From contig DASPSR010000022.1 in assembly GCA_035623825.1 (NCBI GenBank), forward strand, positions 151,858-215,857: DNA of 64,000 bases, read 5' to 3'. A program made the position numbers and the translations under genes. This document shows, in pieces, positions 8,929-18,567 of the stretch (positions are counted from its first letter, which is position 1; each line of letters starts with the position of its first letter). Below the pieces are notes generated by a model, which did no database searches, had not been told where the DNA came from, and saw nothing but the letters and a program-made list of their open reading frames with translations. Source of the DNA: Nitrospirota bacterium. Its GTDB lineage: Bacteria; Nitrospirota; UBA9217.

Positions 8929-10770
8929 TTATGGTCCTCTGCGTCCTTTCATGATCTTCTTGACTTTTTGCACGATTGTCTGGTTCGATATTTCCTCATA
9001 CCCCAGAAGCTCATCAGGCTTGCCGCTCTTCGGCATCCTCCGCACGGCGAGTGAATATACCGGCGCCGGGTGAGCGGCGAGAGCGCCCGCTACGGCTTCA
9101 CCGATTCCGCCTTCGGCGAAGTGGTCTTCGACGGTGATGATCCGTCCGGCATCGTCTGCGGCCTCCGTGAGCGTTCTCGTGTCTACGGGCTTCACGCTGT
9201 AGAGGTCTATCACGCGGATATAGATCCCCCCTGCCTTCAGTTCCTCATAAGCCTTGAGCGCCTCGTGGACCGTGATGCCTGCCGCCACGACAGCTGCCAC
9301 ATCGGCCTTGTTCGATTTCAACACCTTGCTGCCGCCGATGCGGAACACTTCATCGTTCCGGTACAGGATAGGCGTGTCTTTCCTCGTGGTACGCAGATAA
9401 GCGATCCCCGTATGCTCCGCCATTGCCTCTACGAGTTTTTCCGTGGATACGGCATCCGAAGGATAGAGCACGATGCTGTCCAAAAGAGTCCTGAACATGG
9501 CGATGTCTTCGAGACCCATCTGGGACGAGCCGTCTTCGCCGATGGACACGCCTGAGTGGGAACCGCAGAATTTTATGTTCGCATGCGAATACTGGCTCAT
9601 CCGTATCTGGTCGAAGGCCCTGGTCAGGAACGCGGCAAAGGTCGAGACAAAAGGCATCTTGCCTCGGACGGAGAGGCCGAGGGCAGCGCCGACCATATTC
9701 TGTTCGGCAATGAACATCTCGAAGAATCGATCCTTGTGCACGTCCTTGAACAGTTCGGAGAACGTGGAGTTGCTCACCTCCGCGTCGAGGACCGTTATAT
9801 CCGTGAACCGTGGGAAAATGCGCACTAGGGCGCTCCCGTAGGCATGTCTCGTGGAGACCGGTTTCTCACCTGTGTAGGATACGGAACGGATCCTCTGGGC
9901 CGATCGCTCCTCGGGCCTGATATTTTCCGGTCTTGCTATCTGACCCTTTATCGTCCTGTCGATGGGTCCCAGTTCTTCGAGCGCCCTCGCGAGTTCGTCC
10001 TTTTTGAGCGCTTTTCCATGCCAGCCGTTCTTGTCCTCGATGAAGGATACGCCCTTGCCTTTCAGGGTCTTGGCGATGACCATTGTGGGTCTCTTCTTGA
10101 CCTGAAGGGCGTGTTCATAGGCAGCCAGAACCTGAGGCAGGAGGTGGCCGTCGATGACGACCGGCTCCCACCCGAAGGACGCCACCCGCTCCTTGTACAC
10201 GGAGAGATCGTGGCCGTACATCGTTTCTCCGCGCTGTCCGAGCCGGTTCACGTCCATGATGCCGACGAGGTTATCGAGTTTGTAGTAGGCGGCGATTTCC
10301 ATCGCCTCCCATTGGGAGCCCTCGGCCATCTCGCTGTCCCCCAGGAGCACATAGGTCCGGTACGGCAGCCTGTCGATGTACTTCGCGTTCATGGCCATGC
10401 CCACTCCAATTGAAAGTCCCTGTCCTAGGGAGCCGGTAGCGGCCTCGGTATAGGGGAACGCCATGGTGGGGTGCCCCTCGAGGGGGCTGCCGAACTTCCG
10501 AAGGCTCATGATCTCTGTCTCCGTCACCTTTCCAGCAGCAGCCCAAAGTGCATAGAACAACGGCGAGGCATGCCCCTTCGAGAAGACCAGCCGATCGTTG
10601 TTCGGATGACGGGGATCGTCAGGGTCGAACCGGAATGTCCCCCCGAACAGAAGGCCGGTCATAAGGTCCGTTGCAGAGAGGGAGGATGTTGGATGCCCTG
10701 AGCCTGCCTGAGTGGTGGAAACGAGGCTGTAATAACGAATGAGTCTGGCGATGCTTTCAAGGTCGTGCAT
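8929..10770 (-). CDS. tkt: Transketolase
   Basis: GSGHPTSSLS, SKGHASP, LEGHP, TGSLGQG, ThDP motif GDSE...N, FIAEQNMV, TRAFDQIRM; GGAGG RBS before ATG 10770. Confidence 0.93.
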   Translation of the reverse strand: MHDLESIARLIRYYSLVSTTQAGSGHPTSSLSATDLMTGLLFGGTFRFDPDDPRHPNNDRLVFSKGHASPLFYALWAAAGKVTETEIMSLRKFGSPLEGHPTMAFPYTEAATGSLGQGLSIGVGMAMNAKYIDRLPYRTYVLLGDSEMAEGSQWEAMEIAAYYKLDNLVGIMDVNRLGQRGETMYGHDLSVYKERVASFGWEPVVIDGHLLPQVLAAYEHALQVKKRPTMVIAKTLKGKGVSFIEDKNGWHGKALKKDELARALEELGPIDRTIKGQIARPENIRPEERSAQRIRSVSYTGEKPVSTRHAYGSALVRIFPRFTDITVLDAEVSNSTFSELFKDVHKDRFFEMFIAEQNMVGAALGLSVRGKMPFVSTFAAFLTRAFDQIRMSQYSHANIKFCGSHSGVSIGEDGSSQMGLEDIAMFRTLLDSIVLYPSDAVSTEKLVEAMAEHTGIAYLRTTRKDTPILYRNDEVFRIGGSKVLKSNKADVAAVVAAGITVHEALKAYEELKAGGIYIRVIDLYSVKPVDTRTLTEAADDAGRIITVEDHFAEGGIGEAVAGALAAHPAPVYSLAVRRMPKSGKPDELLGYEEISNQTIVQKVKKIMKGRRGP

Positions 10771-10906
10771 GAGAACCTCCCGGTTTATCGCAGGGCGTGA
10801 AGAGGGAATGATCAAACCCAGCGAGTCGAATGATCCGTATCATGCGAATGTGGACCCGCATGTACGATAAGTATTGGCGCAACTATCAGTTTGTAACGTT
10901 AGTCAG

Positions 10907-10931
10907 TGCGTCCTCTGCGACCTTTGCGGTG
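10907..10931. repeat. Short degenerate 9-nt periodic repeat downstream of nuoN
   Basis: TGCGTCCTC-TGCGACCTT-TGCGGTG. Confidence 0.35.
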
Positions 10932-10938
10932 GAAATAA

Positions 10939-12372
10939 TCAGATCAAACAACGCATTGTCTCTCTTATCAATTCAATAATCGGTTCCGGATATACACCTA
11001 TCCAGATCAAAAGAACCGTGAGCCCTGAGAGCGCAGCGCTGTCTGTGCGCGAGAGCTCGGGAGCGTGCGCATGTTCTATTTCGGCGCGAGAATACAGGGC
11101 GACAATAATGCGCAGATAATAATAGAGCCCAATCGCGCTGTTCACCGCGAGGACGATTACTAAGAACCAGAGGCCTGATGCCACGCCTGCCGCAACGACG
11201 GTGAATTTTCCGACGAACCCTGCAGTTATCGGAATGCCTGCCAAAGAGAGCAGCATGGCGGTGAAGACTCCCGCAAGCCAGGGGCTGCGCCAGGCAAGGC
11301 CGGTATAGTCGTTCATGCTGTCGGCATCCCGGTCCTTTACCGATAGAGCCGACACCACGCCGAAAGCGCCGAGGGTGGTGATGAAGTACGCGGTCAGGTA
11401 AAAAGCCGCCGCGGTCATGGCAGCGGTCCCGCTTGCCAGCAGCGTCACGAGCAGATATCCGAGGTGCGATATCGAAGAGTATGCCAGGATCCGCTTGACA
11501 TTGCTCTCCAGCAAGGCGAGCAGGTTGCCGGTGGTCATAGAGGCGACAGCAATGATAGTGAATATTGCGAACAAGGACCGGTTGGTTAGGATGCCGGTTA
11601 CGGAGAAGTAGCGGAGTACGAGCGCGAAGACGGCGCCTTTCGAGACCGTCGCCACGAAAGCAGTTACCGGAGCGGGCGCTCCTTCGTATACGTCGGGAGT
11701 CCACAGGTGAAACGGCACAACGGCCAGTTTGAAGCCCAGACCTACGATGATCATCACCAGGCCGGATGTGAATGCCAGCCTGTGAACGCCTTCTGATGCG
11801 GCACGGGCAGCGATCTGGACAAGCTCCATGCTGCCGGTCTCAGCATAGACCAGGGCCATGCCGAAGAGTATGAACGCAGACGATACAGCGGCGAGGATCA
11901 GGTATTTGACGCCCGCCTCGATGCTCCGGTCGCGGTGACGCAGATAAGCGGTCAACGCATAGAGCGATACGCTCAGGATCTCTACCCCGAGGAAGAGCGA
12001 GGCAAAATGCATGCTTAAGGAGAGCACGGCGCAACCGAGCGTAGCGAGGAGGAGAAGAAGGTAGAATTCTTCGCGGTGGCCTTCGTGAATTTCAAGATAC
12101 GAGTAAGAAAGCGCAGCCACGAAGAAGCTCGCGGCGAAGATCAGTCCCGAGAAAAAAAGTCCATAGTAGTCGAGGATCAGAAGCGGCGTTATCCTCCGCG
12201 GAATCACGCAGGCGACCGCTGTCAGGGACATTCCGGCGATAGCGAGTCCTGCGAGGGTTAGGATTGCGGTGAGCTTGTGACTCCGGTGAAAAGCGATCAC
12301 GAGCATGACCATGATTATCGTGGCGGCAATGATGATGAGAGGCTGCAGCGCGAAGAGGTCAGATGCGTTCAT
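10939..12372 (-). CDS. nuoN: NADH-quinone oxidoreductase subunit N
   Basis: EAGVKYLIL, FKLAVVPFHLWTPDVYEGAP, KRILAYSSISH; ATG 12372 overlaps the nuoM stop (ATGA). Confidence 0.95.
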   Translation of the reverse strand: MNASDLFALQPLIIIAATIIMVMLVIAFHRSHKLTAILTLAGLAIAGMSLTAVACVIPRRITPLLILDYYGLFFSGLIFAASFFVAALSYSYLEIHEGHREEFYLLLLLATLGCAVLSLSMHFASLFLGVEILSVSLYALTAYLRHRDRSIEAGVKYLILAAVSSAFILFGMALVYAETGSMELVQIAARAASEGVHRLAFTSGLVMIIVGLGFKLAVVPFHLWTPDVYEGAPAPVTAFVATVSKGAVFALVLRYFSVTGILTNRSLFAIFTIIAVASMTTGNLLALLESNVKRILAYSSISHLGYLLVTLLASGTAAMTAAAFYLTAYFITTLGAFGVVSALSVKDRDADSMNDYTGLAWRSPWLAGVFTAMLLSLAGIPITAGFVGKFTVVAAGVASGLWFLVIVLAVNSAIGLYYYLRIIVALYSRAEIEHAHAPELSRTDSAALSGLTVLLIWIGVYPEPIIELIRETMRCLI

Positions 12373-13877
12373 TTCGTATATCCTCGCTCCGTTGTCTGAA
12401 CCGAAGAGACGCCATGCAGGATGCCGTCCAATGCCGGTCCGCACGCGTTCAGGAGGGGCTGCGGGCGGAGCCCTATCCAGAATATCGCGATGATCAAGAC
12501 CGTCATCATGCCCGTTTCGCGGATTGAGAGGTCAGGCATCCGCATGCCTTCCTTGACGGCTCCGTGGAATGCGCGTTGGACGATCCAAAGGGAGTAGATT
12601 GCCGAGAGGACCAGGCCTGTTGCCGCGAGTACCGTGATCGCAGCATTAACTCGGTACGAGCCGAGGAGCACTAGAAACTCTGCGACGAAGTTGCCGAGAC
12701 CCGGTAGACCGAGTGATGCCAGGGCGAAGACGAGCCCGACGCCGCTCAAGCGTGGGACCACGGCCCAGAATCCTCCCATTCTGTCCAGTTCACGGGTGTG
12801 AATGCGCTCCTGGATCATGCCGACGATGATGAAAAGTGCGCCGGTGCTCACACCGTGGGCAAGCATCTGGATGACCGCGCCTGTGAGCGAGTGCAGGTTA
12901 CCGGCGAAAATGCCGAGCAGGACGAAGCCCATATGGCTGACGCTGGTGTACGCCACAAGGCGCTTCAAATCGGTCTGGCCGAAGGCGCATACGGCACCGT
13001 AAATGATGCCGATGTCGGCGATGACCATGGCAGTCGGTGCGAGTGAGGCCGCCGCTCCGGGGAAGAGCGGCAGGACAAAGCGAATGAGACCGTACGCGCC
13101 GGTCTTGAGCAGCAGCCCGGCAAGGATCACGCTGCCGGCGGTTGGCGCCTCGGTGTGGGCATCGGGGAGCCACGGATGGAACGGCACTGCGGGAAGCTTC
13201 ACGGCAAAGGCGATGATGAAGCCAAGCATGAGCCACATTGCAGCGGTCGGCGAAAGGGATGTGCCGAGGAGCAGCGTGTAGTCAAAGGTATAGATGCCCG
13301 TATTTCTTCCGTGGACGAAATACAGGCCGAGGATCGACAGGAGCATGAACAGCCCGCCGGCCTGGGTGAAGATGAAGAACTTGAGCGAAGCATATACCCT
13401 GTTCTCGTGACCCCAGATATTGATTATGAAGTACATGGGGACCAGCATCAGCTCCCAGAAGAAATAGAACAGGAACAGGTCTAGAGCCGTGAAAACACCG
13501 AGAATACCTGCGAGTATCCATAGGAGGTTGAAGTGGAAGAACCCGACGCGCTCGCGGATTTCCGTCCATGAACAGATTACGGACGCGATGCCGAGGAAGA
13601 TGGTGAGTGTCATCAACAGCAGGCTCAAGCCGTCTGTCGCCAGGTGGATACTGATGCCGAGCTGGGGTATCCAGGTCCGGCTGTGCTCGACAAGCCATGC
13701 GCCGCGCTCAAGAGCGAAAGGTGCCGAAGACGCCGACCAGAGGGACAGGAGCAGGAATCCGTCAGCCACGAGAGAGGCAAGCGAGATCCACCTGGCTGCT
13801 GCGCTGTTGTTGCGGTCTAGGGACCATGCCGCCAGTCCGCCGATCAGAGGGATGATGATGAGCCATGCGAGGATCAT
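12369..13877 (-). CDS. nuoM: NADH-quinone oxidoreductase subunit M
   Basis: DGLS, FFWELMLVPMY, PFHPWLPDAHTEAPT, KRLVAYTSVSHMG. Confidence 0.96.
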   Translation of the reverse strand: MILAWLIIIPLIGGLAAWSLDRNNSAAARWISLASLVADGFLLLSLWSASSAPFALERGAWLVEHSRTWIPQLGISIHLATDGLSLLLMTLTIFLGIASVICSWTEIRERVGFFHFNLLWILAGILGVFTALDLFLFYFFWELMLVPMYFIINIWGHENRVYASLKFFIFTQAGGLFMLLSILGLYFVHGRNTGIYTFDYTLLLGTSLSPTAAMWLMLGFIIAFAVKLPAVPFHPWLPDAHTEAPTAGSVILAGLLLKTGAYGLIRFVLPLFPGAAASLAPTAMVIADIGIIYGAVCAFGQTDLKRLVAYTSVSHMGFVLLGIFAGNLHSLTGAVIQMLAHGVSTGALFIIVGMIQERIHTRELDRMGGFWAVVPRLSGVGLVFALASLGLPGLGNFVAEFLVLLGSYRVNAAITVLAATGLVLSAIYSLWIVQRAFHGAVKEGMRMPDLSIRETGMMTVLIIAIFWIGLRPQPLLNACGPALDGILHGVSSVQTTERGYTK

Positions 13878-13961
13878 AAGTGCCTGTCCTTTTGGAATCT
13901 AACTTTCATGCAAGCCGTGAAAGACATTAGGATATCGAATCTAAGTGATCAAACTTTGCGT

Positions 13962-15854
13962 TCAAAATATGACAATCCCAAGGAACACCACAGCGCCAAC
14001 CGCGATCCCGATGGCGTACCACCGGATATTGCCGGTCTGCGTTTTGATCAAGAGGCCATGTGCCATGCGGGTCAGAGACGCTATCCCTGTGTAGCCGAAA
14101 TCAAAGAAATCGTCTTTAGTGGTCCTTGTCAGCCAGATGAACGGCCGGACGAAGATCGTGTCGTAGAGCCAATCGAAGCCCCACCCTGAGAACCAAAACC
14201 TCTGGAGTATCGAGCAGCCGGGGGTCTTCGACAGGGTTTTTGCATACAGTGGCTTGCGGAGAAACAACAGATAGGCGATGAAGATGCCCCCAATTGAAAC
14301 GAGCGAGGCAATGACTTGGAGGATCATCTCTGCGCTTTCACGCGCGGGCAGCGCAACACCCTCCTCAGGGAACACACTCTGCATGAACGATGAGAACGGC
14401 CGAAGGTTCCCGAGCGTTTCGGGAGGTTCCACGAAACCGCCGATAATCGAAAGGAGACCGAGGATCAAAAGCGGAACAGCCATGCGAGTCCCCGGTTTAT
14501 GGCTCACAGCCATCTTCTCCTCGCCGAGGAATGTGATGAAGACCATGCGGAAAGCGTAAATCGGGGTGATGAAAGCGCCCAGCAGCCCAGCGGCCCAGAG
14601 ACCTTTGCTCCCCTCTGCCGAGGACCAGGCATGCCAGAGTATGAGATCCTTGCTGTAGAAACCGGCGGTCACGAGCGGCAAGGCCGAGAGGGAGGAAGCA
14701 CCGATAAGAAAGGTCCAGAACGTGATCGGAAGTCTTTTCCATAGGCCGCCCATCTTGAACATATCGTGCTCGTGGTGCTGAGCGAGGATCACGGCGCCGG
14801 CGCCGAGGAAAAGGAGGGCCTTGAAAAAGGCGTGGGTCATGAGGTGGAAGATGGCGGCAGACCACGCACCGACTCCGAGGGCGAGGAACATATAACCGAT
14901 TTGGCTGACAGTAGAATAGGCCAGGACGCGTTTGATGTCATTCTGCGCAAGAGCGCTGAATGCGGCGAGCAACAGGGTTGCCGCACCGATCAAAGCCACA
15001 ACGGACTGCACGGCTGGGGCTAAGGTGAACAGGACATGGGTGCGGGCAACGAGGTAAACGCCGGCGGTCACCATGGTCGCGGCGTGGATCAAGGCACTGA
15101 CGGGCGTGGGGCCAGCCATGGCATCGGGTAGCCACACCTGCAGCGGAAGCTGGGCCGATTTGCCGAGGGCACCGCCGAGCAGGAGCGCTGCGGCAAGAAC
15201 GGCCGTTGGGGACCCGGAAGCCCACTGATTCCGTGCGCTCTGCATCAGATCTTGGATGTTGAGAGTGCCCAGGTGCGTGAACAGGAACAATAACCCCACT
15301 GCCATCGACGTGTCGCCGATGCGCGTCACGATGAAGGCCTTACGCGCAGCCTGTCCGTTGGAGGCGTCCCTGTACCAGAAGCCGATCAAAAGATAGCTGC
15401 AGAGTCCCACGCCTTCCCATCCGAGATATAGGAGCAGCAGGTTGTCGGCGAGCACGAGGGTGAGCATGGAGCCCACGAAGAGGTTCATGAAAGCGAAAAA
15501 ACGGCTGTAGCCGTCTTCATCCTGCATGAACTCCGATGAGTAGAGGTGAATGAAAAATCCTACGATTGTCACGACCAGCATCATGACAAGTGACAACGCA
15601 TCCAGGGTGAATGATATTGTCGGTGTGAAGCTGCCGGCCCTCATCCACGTCCAGAGAGTCTGGGTGAATGCACGGCCCGCCGGCGGGTTCGTCATGAAAT
15701 CAATCGCCATGGAAACGGACAAAAGCGCGGACATACCAACTGAGCCGACGCCCACGAAGGCAATGGATGCATTCGATAGGCGGCGGCCAAGCAAGGCCAG
15801 GACAAGGAAGCCGGCAAACGGGATCACAGGTATGAGGAAGAGAAGGTTCAGCAT
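13962..15854 (-). CDS. nuoL: NADH-quinone oxidoreductase subunit L
   Basis: GWEGVGLCSYLLIGF, GKSAQLPL..WLPDAMAGPTPVSALIHAATMV. Confidence 0.96.
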   Translation of the reverse strand: MLNLLFLIPVIPFAGFLVLALLGRRLSNASIAFVGVGSVGMSALLSVSMAIDFMTNPPAGRAFTQTLWTWMRAGSFTPTISFTLDALSLVMMLVVTIVGFFIHLYSSEFMQDEDGYSRFFAFMNLFVGSMLTLVLADNLLLLYLGWEGVGLCSYLLIGFWYRDASNGQAARKAFIVTRIGDTSMAVGLLFLFTHLGTLNIQDLMQSARNQWASGSPTAVLAAALLLGGALGKSAQLPLQVWLPDAMAGPTPVSALIHAATMVTAGVYLVARTHVLFTLAPAVQSVVALIGAATLLLAAFSALAQNDIKRVLAYSTVSQIGYMFLALGVGAWSAAIFHLMTHAFFKALLFLGAGAVILAQHHEHDMFKMGGLWKRLPITFWTFLIGASSLSALPLVTAGFYSKDLILWHAWSSAEGSKGLWAAGLLGAFITPIYAFRMVFITFLGEEKMAVSHKPGTRMAVPLLILGLLSIIGGFVEPPETLGNLRPFSSFMQSVFPEEGVALPARESAEMILQVIASLVSIGGIFIAYLLFLRKPLYAKTLSKTPGCSILQRFWFSGWGFDWLYDTIFVRPFIWLTRTTKDDFFDFGYTGIASLTRMAHGLLIKTQTGNIRWYAIGIAVGAVVFLGIVIF

Positions 15855-15946
15855 GGCAATCTAAAAAAATTACCGTAATGTTGCGAAAGGCCCAACGATG
15901 GGAACCGTGACCATCGTTCTGGTTGCGCGTTTATGCGGTTCATGAT

Positions 15947-16258
15947 TCATCCTTTCATCCGGCTTGCTGCATCAGCATCGAGAGTTCTGAAACTGTGGTA
16001 AAGCTGCAAAACGAGCGCCAAGCCTACGGATACTTCGGCCGCGGCCATCGTAAGGATAAAAATGAACAGGACCTGGCCGTCAACCTGTCCCCAACGTGCG
16101 CCGGCGACAACGAAGGCCACTCCCACTGCATTCAGCATGATCTCGACGCCCATGAGCATGAACACGATGTTCCGCCGGACTATAACGCCGACCAGCCCGA
16201 GGGCAAATAGAATGGCAGCGAGGATGAGACCATGCTCCATAGGCACGGATGCGATCAT
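15947..16258 (-). CDS. nuoK: NADH-quinone oxidoreductase subunit K
   Basis: [28 protein letters not shown]. Confidence 0.95.
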   Translation of the reverse strand: MIASVPMEHGLILAAILFALGLVGVIVRRNIVFMLMGVEIMLNAVGVAFVVAGARWGQVDGQVLFIFILTMAAAEVSVGLALVLQLYHSFRTLDADAASRMKG

Positions 16259-16372
16259 TGATTATCCTTCATGGACCTGATTTGGCGCTTGTGACTAAGC
16301 ACGCCGAACCGATTGACTGGGCGCATATTAAATGACCTCGACCAAAACTTACGGCCTCAGCGGCAAGGCCTG

Positions 16373-16867
16373 TTAATGCCTATGTGGCCTCCCTAAATGA
16401 TACGCACCGATCAGTCCTGACAGGAGAAGCATGGACGCCAGTTCAACGCCGAGGACATAGGGGCCGAAGAGCGCAATGCCGACCTGCTTGGGGCCAACGG
16501 CGCCTGCCGCTGTGGTCCCGGCCCGTTCAGCCACGAACAGATAGATCAGCTCCGCGGCTAGGACTGCTATCAGGATCGACGGCCCAATCCATATCCCGGG
16601 GCTCAGCCATTGGGATTCCTGTTTTGCCGCCTGTGTGCCGAGGTTCAGCATCATGATCACGAACACGAAGAGAACCATGATTGCGCCCGCGTAAATGATC
16701 ACCTCGAGGGCTGCCACGAAGGGTGCTCCGAGCGAGAAGAAAATGAGCGCCACGGCCATGAGCGAAACGATCAGGTACAGGAGCGCATGTACAGCATTCG
16801 TCCTGGTGATGACCATAAGGGTTGAGATTGCGGCCACGACGGATGATATGTAAAAGAGAAGATTCAT
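16373..16867 (-). CDS. nuoJ: NADH-quinone oxidoreductase subunit J
   Basis: NAVHALLYL, EVIIYAGAIMVLFVFVIMML; start placed at MNLLFY. Confidence 0.93.
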   Translation of the reverse strand: MNLLFYISSVVAAISTLMVITRTNAVHALLYLIVSLMAVALIFFSLGAPFVAALEVIIYAGAIMVLFVFVIMMLNLGTQAAKQESQWLSPGIWIGPSILIAVLAAELIYLFVAERAGTTAAGAVGPKQVGIALFGPYVLGVELASMLLLSGLIGAYHLGRPHRH

Positions 16868-16972
16868 ACGTTGGGGTAGCGTGGATGTCAAGATACGGAA
16901 TCCACAGCAAATGTCCAGTCCCGAAAATCACATGTTGATGGACCATTGGCCTTGATCGTCGCCAATGCTTGG

Positions 16973-17488
16973 TTATGGCAGTAAGCTCTTCAGGTCCGCC
17001 GGCTCTTCTTCGTTCTCGGCCTCGCCCTTGCCCTTCCCCCCGATAGACAGTCCGGAGACACGATAGAAATTATACTCATGGTACTTCCCCGGCCCGCTGA
17101 TGAGCAGGTCCTCTTTTTCGTACACCAGATTCTGCCTCCTATATTCGCTCATTTCAAAGTCGGTCGTGAGCTGAATGGCATAGGTCGGGCATGCCTCTTC
17201 GCAGTACCCGCAGAAGATGCAGCGTGAGAAGTTTATCCTGAAGAACGCGGGATACCGCCTTCCGTGATCGTCTTCTGTTGCCTGGAGGGAGATGCAGTCC
17301 ACCGGGCATGCGGCCGCGCAGAGATAACAGGCTACGCACCGCTCCTCGCCGTCCGGGTCGCGGGAGAGGATGATGCGCCCGCGCCATCTGGGAGGGATGT
17401 AAGGCTTCTCCTCCGGGTATAGGATCGTCACCCGCTTGCGGAACATGGTCGCAAAGACTGTCAGGATTGCTTTAAGAAGACTGAGCAT
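16973..17488 (-). CDS. nuoI: NADH-quinone oxidoreductase subunit I
   Basis: [14 protein letters not shown] and [13 protein letters not shown] 2x[4Fe-4S] motifs. Confidence 0.96.
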   Translation of the reverse strand: MLSLLKAILTVFATMFRKRVTILYPEEKPYIPPRWRGRIILSRDPDGEERCVACYLCAAACPVDCISLQATEDDHGRRYPAFFRINFSRCIFCGYCEEACPTYAIQLTTDFEMSEYRRQNLVYEKEDLLISGPGKYHEYNFYRVSGLSIGGKGKGEAENEEEPADLKSLLP

Positions 17489-17604
17489 AAGTTAAAGGAT
17501 ATCGAATGAGAAATCCAGCACTCCGGTCGAGAATCCAATGTAAATTTGGCACTGGCGCTTTGAAGCTTAATTGATTGCGAGCGCTTCCCTGTGGAAATCT
17601 CACT

Positions 17605-18567
17605 TCATTTTCCTCGTGTCAGCACGACCGCGCCGGTCACAACCACATTCAGGAGGGCCAGCGGAAGCATTACCTTCCAGCCAAATGACATGAGCTGATC
17701 ATACCGCGGCCGGGGAAGAGATGCACGGAGGAGCACGAAGAAACAGATAAAAGCACAGGTCTTGATCAAAAACCAGGCCAAGGGCGGGAGCAGTGGACCC
17801 ATCCACCCGCCGAAAAACAGAACCACCGTCAGGGCCGAGATGAGCGTGATGCCGAGATACTCGCCGACGAAGAACATCCCGAACTTCATTCCCGAATATT
17901 CTGAATGATACCCGGCCACGAGCTCACTTTCGGCCTCTGGCAGATCAAAGGGCAGGCGGTGTGTTTCGGCGATTCCGGCGATGAAAAAGATCGCAAATCC
18001 TATAAACTGCGGGACCACAAACCACCGATCTTTCTGAGCCTCGACGATCTCGCGCAGGTTGAAAGAGCCAGCGATCATTACAACACCCATGACGGACAGT
18101 CCCATGAACACTTCGTAACTCAGCATTTGCGCCGACGCTCGCAGACCGCCGAGCAGCGAGTACTTGCTGCTCGAAGCCCATCCCGCTAATGCCACGCTGT
18201 ACACGCCAAGCGAGGACATTGCCAGGAAGAAGAGAATGCCGATGTTCACGTCAACGACCTCTATTCCAGGCGCATAGGGGATGATGGCAAAAGACATGAG
18301 AACGACTACGACTATTACTGCCGGAGCAATGATGAAAACGGCTTTGTCCGCAAAAGGAGGGATCCAGTCTTCCTTGGAAAGGACCTTGATCATGTCGGCA
18401 AGAACCTGAAAGATTCCAAAGGGACCGACCCTGTTGGGGCCGTACCGGTCCTGCCACAAAGCCAGCAGTCGCCGTTCAAGCCAGATGAGCATTCCCCCGG
18501 TAGTCAGCACCACGAAGAGAACGCCGAAGAGGGTCACGAGATGTAGGACTGTATCCGTCATGGTCAT
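17605..18567 (-). CDS. nuoH: NADH-quinone oxidoreductase subunit H
   Basis: ERR...[43 protein letters not shown]. Confidence 0.96.
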   Translation of the reverse strand: MTMTDTVLHLVTLFGVLFVVLTTGGMLIWLERRLLALWQDRYGPNRVGPFGIFQVLADMIKVLSKEDWIPPFADKAVFIIAPAVIVVVVLMSFAIIPYAPGIEVVDVNIGILFFLAMSSLGVYSVALAGWASSSKYSLLGGLRASAQMLSYEVFMGLSVMGVVMIAGSFNLREIVEAQKDRWFVVPQFIGFAIFFIAGIAETHRLPFDLPEAESELVAGYHSEYSGMKFGMFFVGEYLGITLISALTVVLFFGGWMGPLLPPLAWFLIKTCAFICFFVLLRASLPRPRYDQLMSFGWKVMLPLALLNVVVTGAVVLTRGK